From a virus (Duplodnaviria; Caudoviricetes): a stretch of DNA of 64,000 nt. Positions 44,541 through 54,810 of this stretch are shown in pieces (positions within the stretch are counted from its first letter, which is position 1; each line of letters starts with the position of its first letter). The translations under genes were made by a program, and so were the position numbers. Location of the stretch: the IMG/VR virus record IMGVR_UViG_3300030330_001955, positions 1 through 64,000 of that record; one strand, 5' to 3'. The notes under the pieces were generated by a model. It was not told the DNA's origin. It saw nothing but the letters and a program-made list of their open reading frames with translations, and ran no database searches.

Positions 44541-45004
44541 TGGACTCAACTACAGCAAGAAAATATTCAACGCGTAGACGAGCCATAGTAGGAGCAATAG
44601 CCGAGAAACTAAACCAAAGTTTGGACGGCAATCCTCCTTTTAGAACAGCGGTTCAAAGCGTTGAGCCAAGACTTAGATTTTGGGACGAAGTCACAGACTT
44701 TCCCGCAATCCAAGTTGGAGCAGGACAAGAAACTCGCGAATATGAAGGTGGCGGGTTTCGATTTAGATTTTTACGAGTAACTGTTAGATGTTATATACAT
44801 GATGAAGATGATGTAATACTAGCATTAGAAGAGTTACTAGAAGATGTTGAAACTGTACTTGAAGATAACGATCCTTTAACGTATACAGATTCAACAGGTA
44901 CGTCTCAAACGACAGTAAAGACTACAATTCTTTCTGTGGATACAGACGAAGGTGTATTAGAACCTCTCGGTGTCGGAGAAGTCGTCGCAGAGATTCAATA
45001 CTAG
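44540..45004 (+). CDS. Tail terminator (T5 p142-like)
   Basis: F.DEV.DFP, E.REY, I.SVDTDEGVL.P.GVGE. Confidence 0.8.
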   Translation: MDSTTARKYSTRRRAIVGAIAEKLNQSLDGNPPFRTAVQSVEPRLRFWDEVTDFPAIQVGAGQETREYEGGGFRFRFLRVTVRCYIHDEDDVILALEELLEDVETVLEDNDPLTYTDSTGTSQTTVKTTILSVDTDEGVLEPLGVGEVVAEIQY

Positions 45005-45062
45005 AAAAAGTTACGCCGAGTAAATACTTGGCAAAGCTCTTTCAGAGAGATAGGAGAATAAA

Positions 45063-46295
45063 ATGGCATTTCATTTTAGTAGAGATACCAAAGTATTCAT
45101 GAAGTGGCACGCTAGTGCTTCTGGTACAGATGATGCACTTTATGAAATACCAGTACTTGATGGGTTTTCTTTCAGTCAGGCTACAAACACTTCAGAGATT
45201 ACTTTAAGTGAAGCAGCTGACGGAAGTAACCTAAATAGTAAAAGGGGTAGAGCTATGTTTAACGATTCTTACGCTCCAGCGGAGTGGAGTTTCAGTACAT
45301 ACATGAGACCGTCTACCTCAGACTCTAGTGATACTTATACTATCGCTGGTGGAGAAGGTTCTCACGCAGGTAACGAAAAGAAATTTGCAGTTGAAGGCCC
45401 ATTATGGGGCGCTATGTCTGCTACTACTTATAATTTAGCAGTTGGCGGAACAGGAGCACCTACGTTGGCTTCTTTTGAACCAAACGTGTTTAACTTTCAA
45501 AACTCCAACAAAGTTGCATTAGGAGTATTTGACTTATTCTTTGTAATGGGAGCGGCTAAAGATGACGATGTTTCAACGTATGATACATCAGCAGGTGGAG
45601 ACGTTACTATTTACAAAATTTCAGATTGTTCAGTAGGCTCAGCATCTATTGACTTCGATATTGAAGGATTAGCACAAGTTAACTGGTCTGGACAGGGTAA
45701 ACTCATTACTGAAGTTGCACAGCTAAATACAGCTGCTGGAGGAACAACAACAAAAGGTCTAATTAACGAAGGAATTAGTAGTACTAGCAACTTCGTTAGA
45801 CAAAAATTAACAAGTATGACGTTAGCATTTGATGCAAGTGCGTCAACAGGTACTGATGGGACACACCCAACATCATATAACTTGGTGTTAACAGGTGGAA
45901 ACATCACTATCGAAAACAATCTTACATATCTAACACCAGAAACTCTAGGTGTTGTTAATCAACCACTAGGGCATGTAATGGGTACTAGATCTGTAAGTGG
46001 TAACTTTACTTGTTACTTAAATACAGTAAATGATGGCTCAGCAGAATTGTTTGAGAACCTCATTGAAGCTACAGGACAGATATCTCCTGCGTTTGATTTA
46101 GACTTCCACATTGGGGGAGCTGGACAAACACCAAGAGTAAGTGTATCTGTGCCTAAAGCACACCTTGAACTACCTACACATAGTATAGAAGATGTAGTAA
46201 GTTTAGATGTAGCCTTCCATGGCTTACCATCTGACCTCTCTTCTTCAACAGCAAGTAGTTCAGCAAATGAGATAAGTTTAACATACGTATCTTAA
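45063..46295 (+). CDS. Major tail tube protein (T5 pb6-like)
   Basis: SR.TKVF, EIPVLDGFSFSQ, FNDS.AP.EWSFSTY, NN.TYLTP..LG.VN.P.G...GTR.VSG; hairpin GGGGCGG-TTCG-CCGCCCC at 46311. Confidence 0.9.
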   Translation: MAFHFSRDTKVFMKWHASASGTDDALYEIPVLDGFSFSQATNTSEITLSEAADGSNLNSKRGRAMFNDSYAPAEWSFSTYMRPSTSDSSDTYTIAGGEGSHAGNEKKFAVEGPLWGAMSATTYNLAVGGTGAPTLASFEPNVFNFQNSNKVALGVFDLFFVMGAAKDDDVSTYDTSAGGDVTIYKISDCSVGSASIDFDIEGLAQVNWSGQGKLITEVAQLNTAAGGTTTKGLINEGISSTSNFVRQKLTSMTLAFDASASTGTDGTHPTSYNLVLTGGNITIENNLTYLTPETLGVVNQPLGHVMGTRSVSGNFTCYLNTVNDGSAELFENLIEATGQISPAFDLDFHIGGAGQTPRVSVSVPKAHLELPTHSIEDVVSLDVAFHGLPSDLSSSTASSSANEISLTYVS

Positions 46296-46349
46296 TAATT
46301 TAACAATATAGGGGCGGTTCGCCGCCCCTCCTTACAGGGACAGGAATAT

Positions 46350-46793
46350 ATGAACGACACAGTAAAACAACCAGTCAAAGCAGTCTCGTTAAAAAGTCTT
46401 ATGACTCCAAGCAAAACTGTAGAATTTGACTATCCAGGTAGTGAAGGATTTAAAGTAAAACTTTGTTACTTGGCGAGAGAAGAACTCGTAAAATTAAGAG
46501 GACGTTGCGTTACTCAAAACTTTAATAGAAAAACAAGAAGTTATGAAGAAGTAATGGACGATGATAAGTTTTTAGAAGAGTACACCAAAGCAGTAATTAA
46601 AGGGTGGACAGGATTTAAACTTGCATATGCTAAGAATATGTTACTACTTGGAGATTTAACTCCAGAAGAGGAAGAAAAAGAACTAGACTTTACACAAGAG
46701 AATGTTGAAGTTCTTATGAAAAACTCTACTGATTTTGATAGTTGGGTAACGGAAATGGTAGGTGACCTCGAAAATTTTACACAGAGCAAGTAG
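46350..46793 (+). CDS. Tail assembly chaperone (gpG-like)
   Basis: Between tail tube and TMP; IKGW.G, LM.NS.DFD.W. Confidence 0.8.
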   Translation: MNDTVKQPVKAVSLKSLMTPSKTVEFDYPGSEGFKVKLCYLAREELVKLRGRCVTQNFNRKTRSYEEVMDDDKFLEEYTKAVIKGWTGFKLAYAKNMLLLGDLTPEEEEKELDFTQENVEVLMKNSTDFDSWVTEMVGDLENFTQSK

Positions 46794-46809
46794 CGTGGGC
46801 TCTTGCTCT
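46772..46809 (+). other. Programmed -1 frameshift signal
   Basis: A-AAT-TTT in phase at 46772-46778, hairpin AGAGCAAG..CTTGCTCT at 46783-46809, -1 frame open into 46856-47170. Confidence 0.75.
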
Positions 46810-46855
46810 AATTGAAAGATATTACTCAGATAACATAAGTTTAGATGCATATCTA

Positions 46856-47170
46856 ATGATGTGCGAGCAATTAGGTCAAGAACCTAAACTAGAAGAAATG
46901 CCTCCAGAAATGGGGGACTTTCCTTTAGAGATACAGGAGGCGTTTGTAGTTCACGCTATGCTTCCTGATAGATGGGACGGAATGAGTGGGTCATACATGG
47001 GAAAAGACTGGTCTGCTCTTGAAGCCTTATTAAAAATACAAGGCGTGGACGACAAAAAGACTGTTTGCTTTTTCTTAAAAAACATTGAAAGCTACTCGAC
47101 GATGAGTATCAACGCAGAGCTTAAACGTAAGCAAGACGCCTCAGCAAGGCGAGCAAAAGCAAAAAGGTAA
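46856..47170 (+). CDS. Tail chaperone gpT-like part (probably reached by frameshift)
   Basis: MCEQLG.EP..EE.P, L.DRWDGM.G.Y.GKD. Confidence 0.75.
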   Translation: MMCEQLGQEPKLEEMPPEMGDFPLEIQEAFVVHAMLPDRWDGMSGSYMGKDWSALEALLKIQGVDDKKTVCFFLKNIESYSTMSINAELKRKQDASARRAKAKR

Positions 47171-50100
47171 ATGGCAAAAAAGAAAATACAAGCTGCTGAG
47201 ATTATTATCAAAACCACCGATGGTGGTTCTTTTAAAGTCACAGGTAAAGAAGCAGAAAAACTAGCGAAGAATTTAAATAAGACTGGTCGAGCTGCTCAAA
47301 ATACTGACCGTGCGATAAAAGGTGTAACCCAGCAGTCATCAAACAGTACTAAAGAATTTGCAAAGATGGCGACCATGCAAGGTGGTCTTGTTCAAGTCTA
47401 TGCAACTATCGCAGCGCAGGTCTTTGCGCTTACTGCCGCATTCCAATTCTTAAAGTCTTCAATGGAGACCCGTAACCTTATGGCTGCACAAGAAGCTTTT
47501 GGAGCAGTTACGGGTACTGCATATAGAACTTTGACAACTAATATTCAAGACGCTACTCAAGGTATGCTAGACTTTAAAACTGCCGCACAGGGAGCTGCTA
47601 TTGGTATCGCTTCTGGACTAAGTGCTAGTCAAATGGAACAATTAGGTAAAGCGGCAACTGATGCTTCACTTGCTCTTGGTAGAGACTTGACAGACTCTTT
47701 TAACAGGCTTGTTCGTGGTGTTACGAAAGCAGAGCCAGAACTCTTGGACGAACTTGGTATTGTTTTGAGATTAGAAAATGCAACTACAAAGTATGCTGTT
47801 TCTATCGGAAAAACAAGAGAACAATTAAATGCGTTTGAGAGAACACAAGCTGTTTTAAATGATGTTGTAGGGCAGGCAGAAGTTAAATTTGGAGCAATCC
47901 AAAAAATAATGGATCCAGATGCATTCGCATTAGGTCAGTTCCAAAAAGAGATGGACGACCTACTCATGGGATTCCAAAAGTTCATCATTGAAGGACTAAT
48001 TCCAATTATCAACTTTTTCAAAGAAAACTCTATGGCACTTATAGCTGCTGTAGGTTTATTTGTTACTCCAATTATTAAATCACTACTGCCAGATATGAAC
48101 AAGGCAGCCGCTGATTCACTTTCAAAGTTTAAAGACCATAAGAAACAAGCTATAGCAGATGCCTCTGAATTTAAAGCATCTATACAAGGAGTAGGAGATG
48201 CCTTTGCAGGAGGCCCAGTAGATGCAGCAAGTTCTAAGAAAGGACTCCAAGATTTAGGCGTAAAGAAATTTAGTGGAAAAAACGAAGAAACTCTCAGTAA
48301 ACGACAAGTAGCCGCATACAGACGTATGATGCGTGAAAAGAAAGGTATCTACATGAAGATGAACGCTCAAGAAAGAAGAGCGTTTAGAAACCACTTAAAT
48401 GCACAAGACGCAATGTTACAAGGCTCTAGTACAAAGCAGAGATCTATTGTACAGGCTACTGAAAATATGAAGAGAGCTGCTTATAAAGGTACACAAATGG
48501 TTTATCAAGCTACCATGACAGCTATGACTAGAGCCACAGCTTTTGCAGCCAAAGCAATGAATAGAGCTATGATGGCAGCTGGTATTATTGGTATTGTCTT
48601 TATGATAATACAGGCAGTTGCATCGTTAATAAACTTTTTTAGAGACTTAGATGAGACTGCTAAAAAACTTAGAGAAGAAACAAAGAAATCTACAGAAGAG
48701 TTTCAACAACTAAATAGTGAACTAAGCAAAATGGCAGAAGTCAGAGAAGCTCCAGGGTTACTAGGTATTAGTCAAATGGTAGAACAATCTGGTAATGCTC
48801 TCAGTAGTGCTGACTTAAATAAAAGAATCCAACAATATAATAAAGAAATTGCAAAAGGTACAGATAAGAATAGCGACTTTATGAAGGAAGCTAGAAAAAT
48901 GGGAGATAGTTTAGAAATTGTTGCTCCCGGCCTAGCCAAATTAAATAGTAGAATACAAGAGGGATTACCAATTACAGCGGCTATGGTATCAGAATTTACT
49001 AGTCTTGCTAATGGATATCAAAATGCTGCTGCAGCTTCAAAAAGATTCTCTCAAAACCAAGAAACATTAAATAAAACACTTGATAAACAAATACGTAAAT
49101 TTAAACAGCTTCCTTTCCAAGACTTAAAAACAGCTTTTTCAGCAAGTATCTCAGATTTAGAAGCAGAACTAGGTTTAGGTGTAGATGAAAAAGGAAATCA
49201 AACAATTGACCGATTCGGATTAAAAGGACAACTTGCTGAACAAAGAAAGATTAGAGGAGCGCAAATAGCTAAGTTACGACTAGATAGTAGTAAGCAAGTC
49301 TATAGCTCTTCGTCAGGTGCTCAATTTAGTAACACAGTCTTAAGCATGGAAAACCAAGCAGGAGAACTACTTAGCGAAGTAGAAATGATTAACGCTATTA
49401 TTGCAAGCGGTCATAAAGAAGGCTCTAGAATTTATGAAAGAATGATGGGGCAGTACCATGAAGAGAAAAAGATTCGAGAAGACATTGCAGCTATTCAAAA
49501 ACAAACTGAAGATGATGAAAAAGTTATTGCATTTAAAGAGGAAACACTAAGACAGCAAAAAGCATTAGAAAGTGATGTAAATGCTTTACAACAATTTGGT
49601 CTAAAAAATGTACAGGATACTCTTAATAATAGAAAAGAACAACAAAGAATACTTGTAGAAGAGGTAGGACTAGAGAGAACAAAACAGGGAATAGCAAATG
49701 ATAGGCTTATGCTTACAGATAAAGAAAATAAAGCTAAAAGTGATATCATGGCAGCAGAGCTTGCTGAAAAAGCTGTTTTAGAAAAACAAAGAGGTATTTT
49801 AATAGCGTTAGAAGATGAGCAAGGAAAGTTATTATTTAAGAAACAAGATGTTTTAAATATGGATAAAGAAGCTCTTAAGGACGCTTTAGTAAAAAACAAT
49901 CTTAGTACTACTGAAGTAGAAGCCTCAGCGGCAGCAGTAGAGAACGCAAACACTGAAGCAGATATTATAAAATTCCAAAACGATTTGCTTAGAGAAAAAC
50001 TTGATATAAAAGAAAAACTTTTTGAATTAGAGCCTAAGATGGAAGTTTTAAAACAACAAGAAAAAGTTTTAAAAGATGAAATGGCACTTGCAAGATTACA

Positions 50101-51205
50101 AGAAAAAAGAGATGCAGCTGTAGGTGGAGGCCAATTTGCAGGAATGTCTCAATTTGGAGCAGGTGGAATAGTAGCAACACAAAGACGAAATCAAATAGGT
50201 AGGCACAAAAGTACTATTAGCAATCTTGAACTTCAAAAGGAGAATATAGGAAGTCAAATAACTAATCTTAAAGCAGATACAACTGCAAGTAATTTTAATG
50301 CAGCCACCGGTATGTTTACAGGTGACTTAACAGAAACACAAAAGAAATTTAACCAATTAAAACAAACAGAACTCAGTCTCACACAGCAAATAAACATGGA
50401 GACCGTAAAGAAAGTCATGCTAGAGGATATTGAAAGCGGAGATGTTGCTAGACAAAAACTCAAGATTATGCAAGAGGAGTTAGAGATAGCAAGAGAGCAC
50501 ATAGGCTCTATAAATCCTGCTTCAGCTGCTTACCATCAATTTGTATCAGAACAGAAAAAGTTAGGAGTTGAGTTTACTGAAAAAGAACTTGAGGGTCTTC
50601 AAAAGCAGTTTGAAACAATGGAATTGCTTAAAATAGAAACTGAACTTATGAATGGTATAAAAGATACTCTTTCAAATGGTTTCCAAAATATGTTCCAAGC
50701 TATGATAGACGGAACTAAATCTTTTAAAGATTCTATGAAAGATTTAACAAAACAAGTACTTATGGACTTAGCCTCTATGTTTATGAGAGCTGCAGCCCTA
50801 AAAGCTATGATGGCTTTCTTCCCTGGCATGGGGTCAGGCGGAGGCTTCACAGACTTAATGGGATTAGGAAGCGGAGATAGGTATGGTGGAGAAAGATCTT
50901 ATGCTCATGGAGGTGTAGCAGACGGCCCTGAGTCTGGTTATATGGCAAAGCTACACGGAAGAGAAGCTGTTGTTCCTCTTGGAAATGATAGAAGCATACC
51001 TGTAAAGATGATGGGAGAAGGTGGTACTAATATTGTAAATGTCACAGTAAATATGCAAGGTGGAGGCGCTCAAACAAATACAGTAGGCGACGGAGCACTA
51101 GCAGGAATGGGTAGACAGATTGGAAACTTAGTACAACAAAAATTACAAGAAGAAATGAGACCAGGTGGAATATTAAATTCTAGTGGTGGTAGAGGTAGAG
51201 GCTAA
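47171..51205 (+). CDS. Tape measure protein (T5 pb2-like N-terminus)
   Basis: 1344 aa helical; GLV..YA..AA.VFAL, ALGRDLTDSFNRLVRGVTKAEPELLDELG. Confidence 0.92.
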   Translation: MAKKKIQAAEIIIKTTDGGSFKVTGKEAEKLAKNLNKTGRAAQNTDRAIKGVTQQSSNSTKEFAKMATMQGGLVQVYATIAAQVFALTAAFQFLKSSMETRNLMAAQEAFGAVTGTAYRTLTTNIQDATQGMLDFKTAAQGAAIGIASGLSASQMEQLGKAATDASLALGRDLTDSFNRLVRGVTKAEPELLDELGIVLRLENATTKYAVSIGKTREQLNAFERTQAVLNDVVGQAEVKFGAIQKIMDPDAFALGQFQKEMDDLLMGFQKFIIEGLIPIINFFKENSMALIAAVGLFVTPIIKSLLPDMNKAAADSLSKFKDHKKQAIADASEFKASIQGVGDAFAGGPVDAASSKKGLQDLGVKKFSGKNEETLSKRQVAAYRRMMREKKGIYMKMNAQERRAFRNHLNAQDAMLQGSSTKQRSIVQATENMKRAAYKGTQMVYQATMTAMTRATAFAAKAMNRAMMAAGIIGIVFMIIQAVASLINFFRDLDETAKKLREETKKSTEEFQQLNSELSKMAEVREAPGLLGISQMVEQSGNALSSADLNKRIQQYNKEIAKGTDKNSDFMKEARKMGDSLEIVAPGLAKLNSRIQEGLPITAAMVSEFTSLANGYQNAAAASKRFSQNQETLNKTLDKQIRKFKQLPFQDLKTAFSASISDLEAELGLGVDEKGNQTIDRFGLKGQLAEQRKIRGAQIAKLRLDSSKQVYSSSSGAQFSNTVLSMENQAGELLSEVEMINAIIASGHKEGSRIYERMMGQYHEEKKIREDIAAIQKQTEDDEKVIAFKEETLRQQKALESDVNALQQFGLKNVQDTLNNRKEQQRILVEEVGLERTKQGIANDRLMLTDKENKAKSDIMAAELAEKAVLEKQRGILIALEDEQGKLLFKKQDVLNMDKEALKDALVKNNLSTTEVEASAAAVENANTEADIIKFQNDLLREKLDIKEKLFELEPKMEVLKQQEKVLKDEMALARLQEKRDAAVGGGQFAGMSQFGAGGIVATQRRNQIGRHKSTISNLELQKENIGSQITNLKADTTASNFNAATGMFTGDLTETQKKFNQLKQTELSLTQQINMETVKKVMLEDIESGDVARQKLKIMQEELEIAREHIGSINPASAAYHQFVSEQKKLGVEFTEKELEGLQKQFETMELLKIETELMNGIKDTLSNGFQNMFQAMIDGTKSFKDSMKDLTKQVLMDLASMFMRAAALKAMMAFFPGMGSGGGFTDLMGLGSGDRYGGERSYAHGGVADGPESGYMAKLHGREAVVPLGNDRSIPVKMMGEGGTNIVNVTVNMQGGGAQTNTVGDGALAGMGRQIGNLVQQKLQEEMRPGGILNSSGGRGRG

Positions 51206-51624
51206 TGGCAACAGGAATAACAACAAACACAGTACAAACAGGTGGAGGCACAGTATCCGCAGGTACAAATATAACAGGATTTAGTGCTCCTGTAATGTTT
51301 GATAAGGGTGCTCAACAAAGTGCAGCTCCAAGAGTTATCAAAGCTCAGTTTGGAGACGGCTATCAACTAAGAATGGTTGATGGAATAAACAATACCCCTA
51401 GAAAATGGGCACTTTCATTTGCCAATAGAACAAATGATGATATAGATAAACTTTATAAATTTTTCAATACTTTAGCAAGTGTCAGCACTTGTCAACTAAC
51501 AATACCTAATTCTGTTGATGGGGAAGAGACTGTAAAAGTTGTAATTAGCAACTATAATAAACAATATGCGTACGACGAATTTTATAGTCTTACCTGTGAA
51601 GCGGAAGAAGTATTTGAAGCATGA
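51205..51624 (+). CDS. Distal tail protein, lambda gpM-like
   Basis: [17 protein letters not shown]....W.LSF. Confidence 0.85.
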   Translation: MATGITTNTVQTGGGTVSAGTNITGFSAPVMFDKGAQQSAAPRVIKAQFGDGYQLRMVDGINNTPRKWALSFANRTNDDIDKLYKFFNTLASVSTCQLTIPNSVDGEETVKVVISNYNKQYAYDEFYSLTCEAEEVFEA

Positions 51625-53243
51625 GTGATACAATATATACAGGTAATTCTGGTGGCAACTTGGTACAAGATATACAAAGCCAAGCGATTGCTAGTGGGTT
51701 TATTATTGTATTCGAAATAGAACTACCTGATAGTAATATTGGTGGACATGGTATAGATAGATTATACTTTCACAATGGAGCAACAGGAACTTCAGACATT
51801 AGTTGGTATAGTCCTATAAATCTAGACAACTATGGTTCTACAACTAGAACAGATTATAGTGCTGCAACATATACAGCATTTCCTGTAGAAGCAGAGGGGT
51901 TCGAAACTAGGGGGACAGGAACTCTTCCAAGACCTCTTGTAAGATTTGCAAATGTTAATCAGTATTGGAATGCTTTTCTTTCAGACTATGATGATTTAGT
52001 TGGAGCAAAAGTAATTCGAAGAAGAACTTTAGAAAAGTATCTAGCAACTAGTGGTAAAACTGTAGCAAATGACCCTAACTGCCCTCCTGTAGAATTTAAT
52101 AGAGATTGCTACTATATAGAAAGAAAGACAAAAGAAACTCCACAGTTAGTAGAGTTCGAACTAACAAGTGCATTTGATGTTCAAGGAGTAAAACTACCTA
52201 GAAGAACTATTATTGCAGCACGCTGTCCCTGGAAGTATAAAGATACAGACCAAGGCGGTTGTGACTGGCCAAAAGACAATAGATTTACTATTAGTGGTAC
52301 AGAACATACTTTATACTTTGATAAAGACGATACTCAAATTACAGAGGCAAGTAACTTAGCAAGTGCAAGTACAAACGAATATACATACTGGGGCAGACAA
52401 GATGTTTCTAGTAATAGAACTACAAATTTATACTTAGGTAAAAGCTATGCTGTAAATGACTATGTTGAATATGAAAGACCTGTTGGAAGTATGTTCAAGA
52501 TAGATAGAATACAAAGAACAAGTGCAAATGTAGTACAAATAACTTTTGATTCTAGTAGCGATGCAGCAACATTCTCTACTACGGCAGGAGAAGATTTTAT
52601 TTGTATAAAAGGAATAAGCACAGAGGCTGCAAACCATAAAAATGTACCCCTACATGTAACAGGAGTAAGTGGAGCAGTAGTAACAGTAGAAACTGACGAT
52701 AGTTTTACAGGCGACATTCAAGATGCTGATGATGGAATAGGTTTTGCACAAGCAACTCGTAGAACTTTATATCAATGTATTACTGCACATACATTAAGTA
52801 CTAGTGATAGTCTTGATGATATAATTAGACCAACTAATATATCATACTGGCAGTTTGGAGATGTTTGTGGAAAAAGATTAGACTCTTGTGCTTGTAGATT
52901 TGGATTCAATCCTACAAGTCAAGGAGTAGTTACTCATGTTGTGCCTGATAATACAGGTAGTGACGCAGGAAAAGGAGCAGGATATACTTCAACTCCTACT
53001 GTAACAATCTCTGGAGGCGGGGGTAGTGGCGCTACAGCCACCGCTATAAGGTCAAGTGGACAAATAATAGGATATACTGTAACAAATGGAGGGAGTGGAT
53101 ATACAACTATACCAACTGTTACTGTATCAGGAGGAAACCCAACTAGAGCTGCAAGTCCAGTTGCAGTTGTAGGTAATTTAAAAGGGAACAAAAGAAATGT
53201 TGCGCTACCATTTGGAGGATTCCCAGGAGCAAGTTTATACTAA
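51621..53243 (+). CDS. Tail tip protein, lambda gpL-like with insertions
   Basis: PVEA.GFE....G.LPRP, DL.GAKV.RRRT..KYL, FELTS.FD, C.W.Y...C, CGK....C..RF, PFGGFPG. Confidence 0.88.
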   Translation: MSDTIYTGNSGGNLVQDIQSQAIASGFIIVFEIELPDSNIGGHGIDRLYFHNGATGTSDISWYSPINLDNYGSTTRTDYSAATYTAFPVEAEGFETRGTGTLPRPLVRFANVNQYWNAFLSDYDDLVGAKVIRRRTLEKYLATSGKTVANDPNCPPVEFNRDCYYIERKTKETPQLVEFELTSAFDVQGVKLPRRTIIAARCPWKYKDTDQGGCDWPKDNRFTISGTEHTLYFDKDDTQITEASNLASASTNEYTYWGRQDVSSNRTTNLYLGKSYAVNDYVEYERPVGSMFKIDRIQRTSANVVQITFDSSSDAATFSTTAGEDFICIKGISTEAANHKNVPLHVTGVSGAVVTVETDDSFTGDIQDADDGIGFAQATRRTLYQCITAHTLSTSDSLDDIIRPTNISYWQFGDVCGKRLDSCACRFGFNPTSQGVVTHVVPDNTGSDAGKGAGYTSTPTVTISGGGGSGATATAIRSSGQIIGYTVTNGGSGYTTIPTVTVSGGNPTRAASPVAVVGNLKGNKRNVALPFGGFPGASLY

Positions 53244-53944
53244 TGATAGAACCAGTACTAGAAGATATAAAACAATACGTATATGAACAAGAGGGCGTGG
53301 AAGCTTGTGGTCTACTAAATATAGAAAGAGGACGAGTTAATTGGCACCCTTGTATAAATAAAGCAGAACAACCTTGGATTGATTTTATGATAGACCCTCT
53401 AGACTATAAACAGATAGCAGATAGAGGAGACATAGTAGGTGTTGTACATAGCCATCTTGGGCCACCAATTCCAAGTGTTATGGACAGGGCTGCTTGTGAT
53501 AGATTAGGTATTCCTTGGTATATTTTTGGAGAAAATGATGAATGGACAAAATTGGAACCGAAAGAAGAAGCTTATGATTTACTGGGAAGACCATTCGTTT
53601 ATGGCGTCTATGATTGTTTCACTATCATAAAAGATTATTACGAAGCACAAGATATAAATATCTTCCCATATGAGTACGAGTGGGAATTTTGGGAAAAGGG
53701 TAAAAATCTATATATAGACAACTTTGAAAAAGAGGGGTTTGAAATTGTAAGAGATGGTAGTCTAAAGATTCATGATTTAGTTTTAATGGCTCTAAATAGT
53801 GACATTACCAATCATGCAGGAATCTATGTAGGACGTGGAAAAATGCTTCATCATGCACCTAACAGATTATCATGCCGAGACAACTATGACGGCATATGGA
53901 AAAAGATTACGAGAGTAATAGTAAGACACGAGAAGTTTAAATGA
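53243..53944 (+). CDS. Tail tip protein, lambda gpK-like (JAB + NlpC/P60)
   Basis: EACG, VHSH, GRPF.YG..DC, NHAGIY.G...MLHH. Confidence 0.9.
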   Translation: MIEPVLEDIKQYVYEQEGVEACGLLNIERGRVNWHPCINKAEQPWIDFMIDPLDYKQIADRGDIVGVVHSHLGPPIPSVMDRAACDRLGIPWYIFGENDEWTKLEPKEEAYDLLGRPFVYGVYDCFTIIKDYYEAQDINIFPYEYEWEFWEKGKNLYIDNFEKEGFEIVRDGSLKIHDLVLMALNSDITNHAGIYVGRGKMLHHAPNRLSCRDNYDGIWKKITRVIVRHEKFK

Positions 53945-54810
53945 GAAAAGTTTATTTAGAAGGTATACTAGGGCAAAAATATGGGGAGGAATGGACTCTT
54001 AATGTTGCCTCGCCCGCAGAAGCACTTACAGCTATTATGGCACAGCGCCCTGGCATGAAACAGTTTCTAGCAGAATCAGAAGGTATACAAGGCTATGAAG
54101 TTTTAATAAATGATGAGAGTATTACTAGCGAAGCAGAGTTAGTTTTAAATGAACCAGGAATGACTCAGACCTACACTTTTGTTCCTGTAGTTGCAGGGTC
54201 AAAAAGTAAAGTTATGATGATGGTACTCGGTGTTACACTTATTGCTGTAACAGGAGGTTTTGGAGCTGCATTTGTCCCTGGATTTATGGGAGGAGCAGTA
54301 GCAGGTGGAGCAGCAGTAGGAACAGCTTCGGGTTTAACAGGTGCAGCACTGACTTCGGCAATATCAGCAGGAACAGTAACAGCTGCAGGAACTTATACAG
54401 TAGCAGGAGCAGCTGCGGCTATGGGTACTAGTTCAGCTGCAATACTTGCAACATCAGCCGCAGGAAGCATGGGAGTAGGACTACTATTAGCAGGTGTAGC
54501 TTCAATGCTTATGCCTGAACCACCAGAAGGTTCTGGAGCAGAATCAGCACAAAACTATTTATTCTCAGGCCCAGTTAATAATGTAAAACAAGGTGGCCCA
54601 GTTCCTCTTGTTTATGGGAGAGCAATAGTAGGTTCAACAACTATTTCGGGGTCAGTATATTCAACAACTTCAAGAGAAAAAGTATCAAGTACTAGAGCAC
54701 TAGTAGGTATATCAAACTTTAGACAAGGCGGGTCAACTTTTGGACAAAATGAGAACACAGGTCAAAATCAACAAGTACCTGTTACACCACCAGGAACAGT
54801 AATACCATGA
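53941..54810 (+). CDS. Tail assembly protein, lambda gpI-like
   Basis: V.L.G.LG..YG, PVVAGS, Gly/Ala hydrophobic middle, YLFSGPVN...QG.PVPLVYGR..VGS. Confidence 0.88.
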   Translation: MRKVYLEGILGQKYGEEWTLNVASPAEALTAIMAQRPGMKQFLAESEGIQGYEVLINDESITSEAELVLNEPGMTQTYTFVPVVAGSKSKVMMMVLGVTLIAVTGGFGAAFVPGFMGGAVAGGAAVGTASGLTGAALTSAISAGTVTAAGTYTVAGAAAAMGTSSAAILATSAAGSMGVGLLLAGVASMLMPEPPEGSGAESAQNYLFSGPVNNVKQGGPVPLVYGRAIVGSTTISGSVYSTTSREKVSSTRALVGISNFRQGGSTFGQNENTGQNQQVPVTPPGTVIP

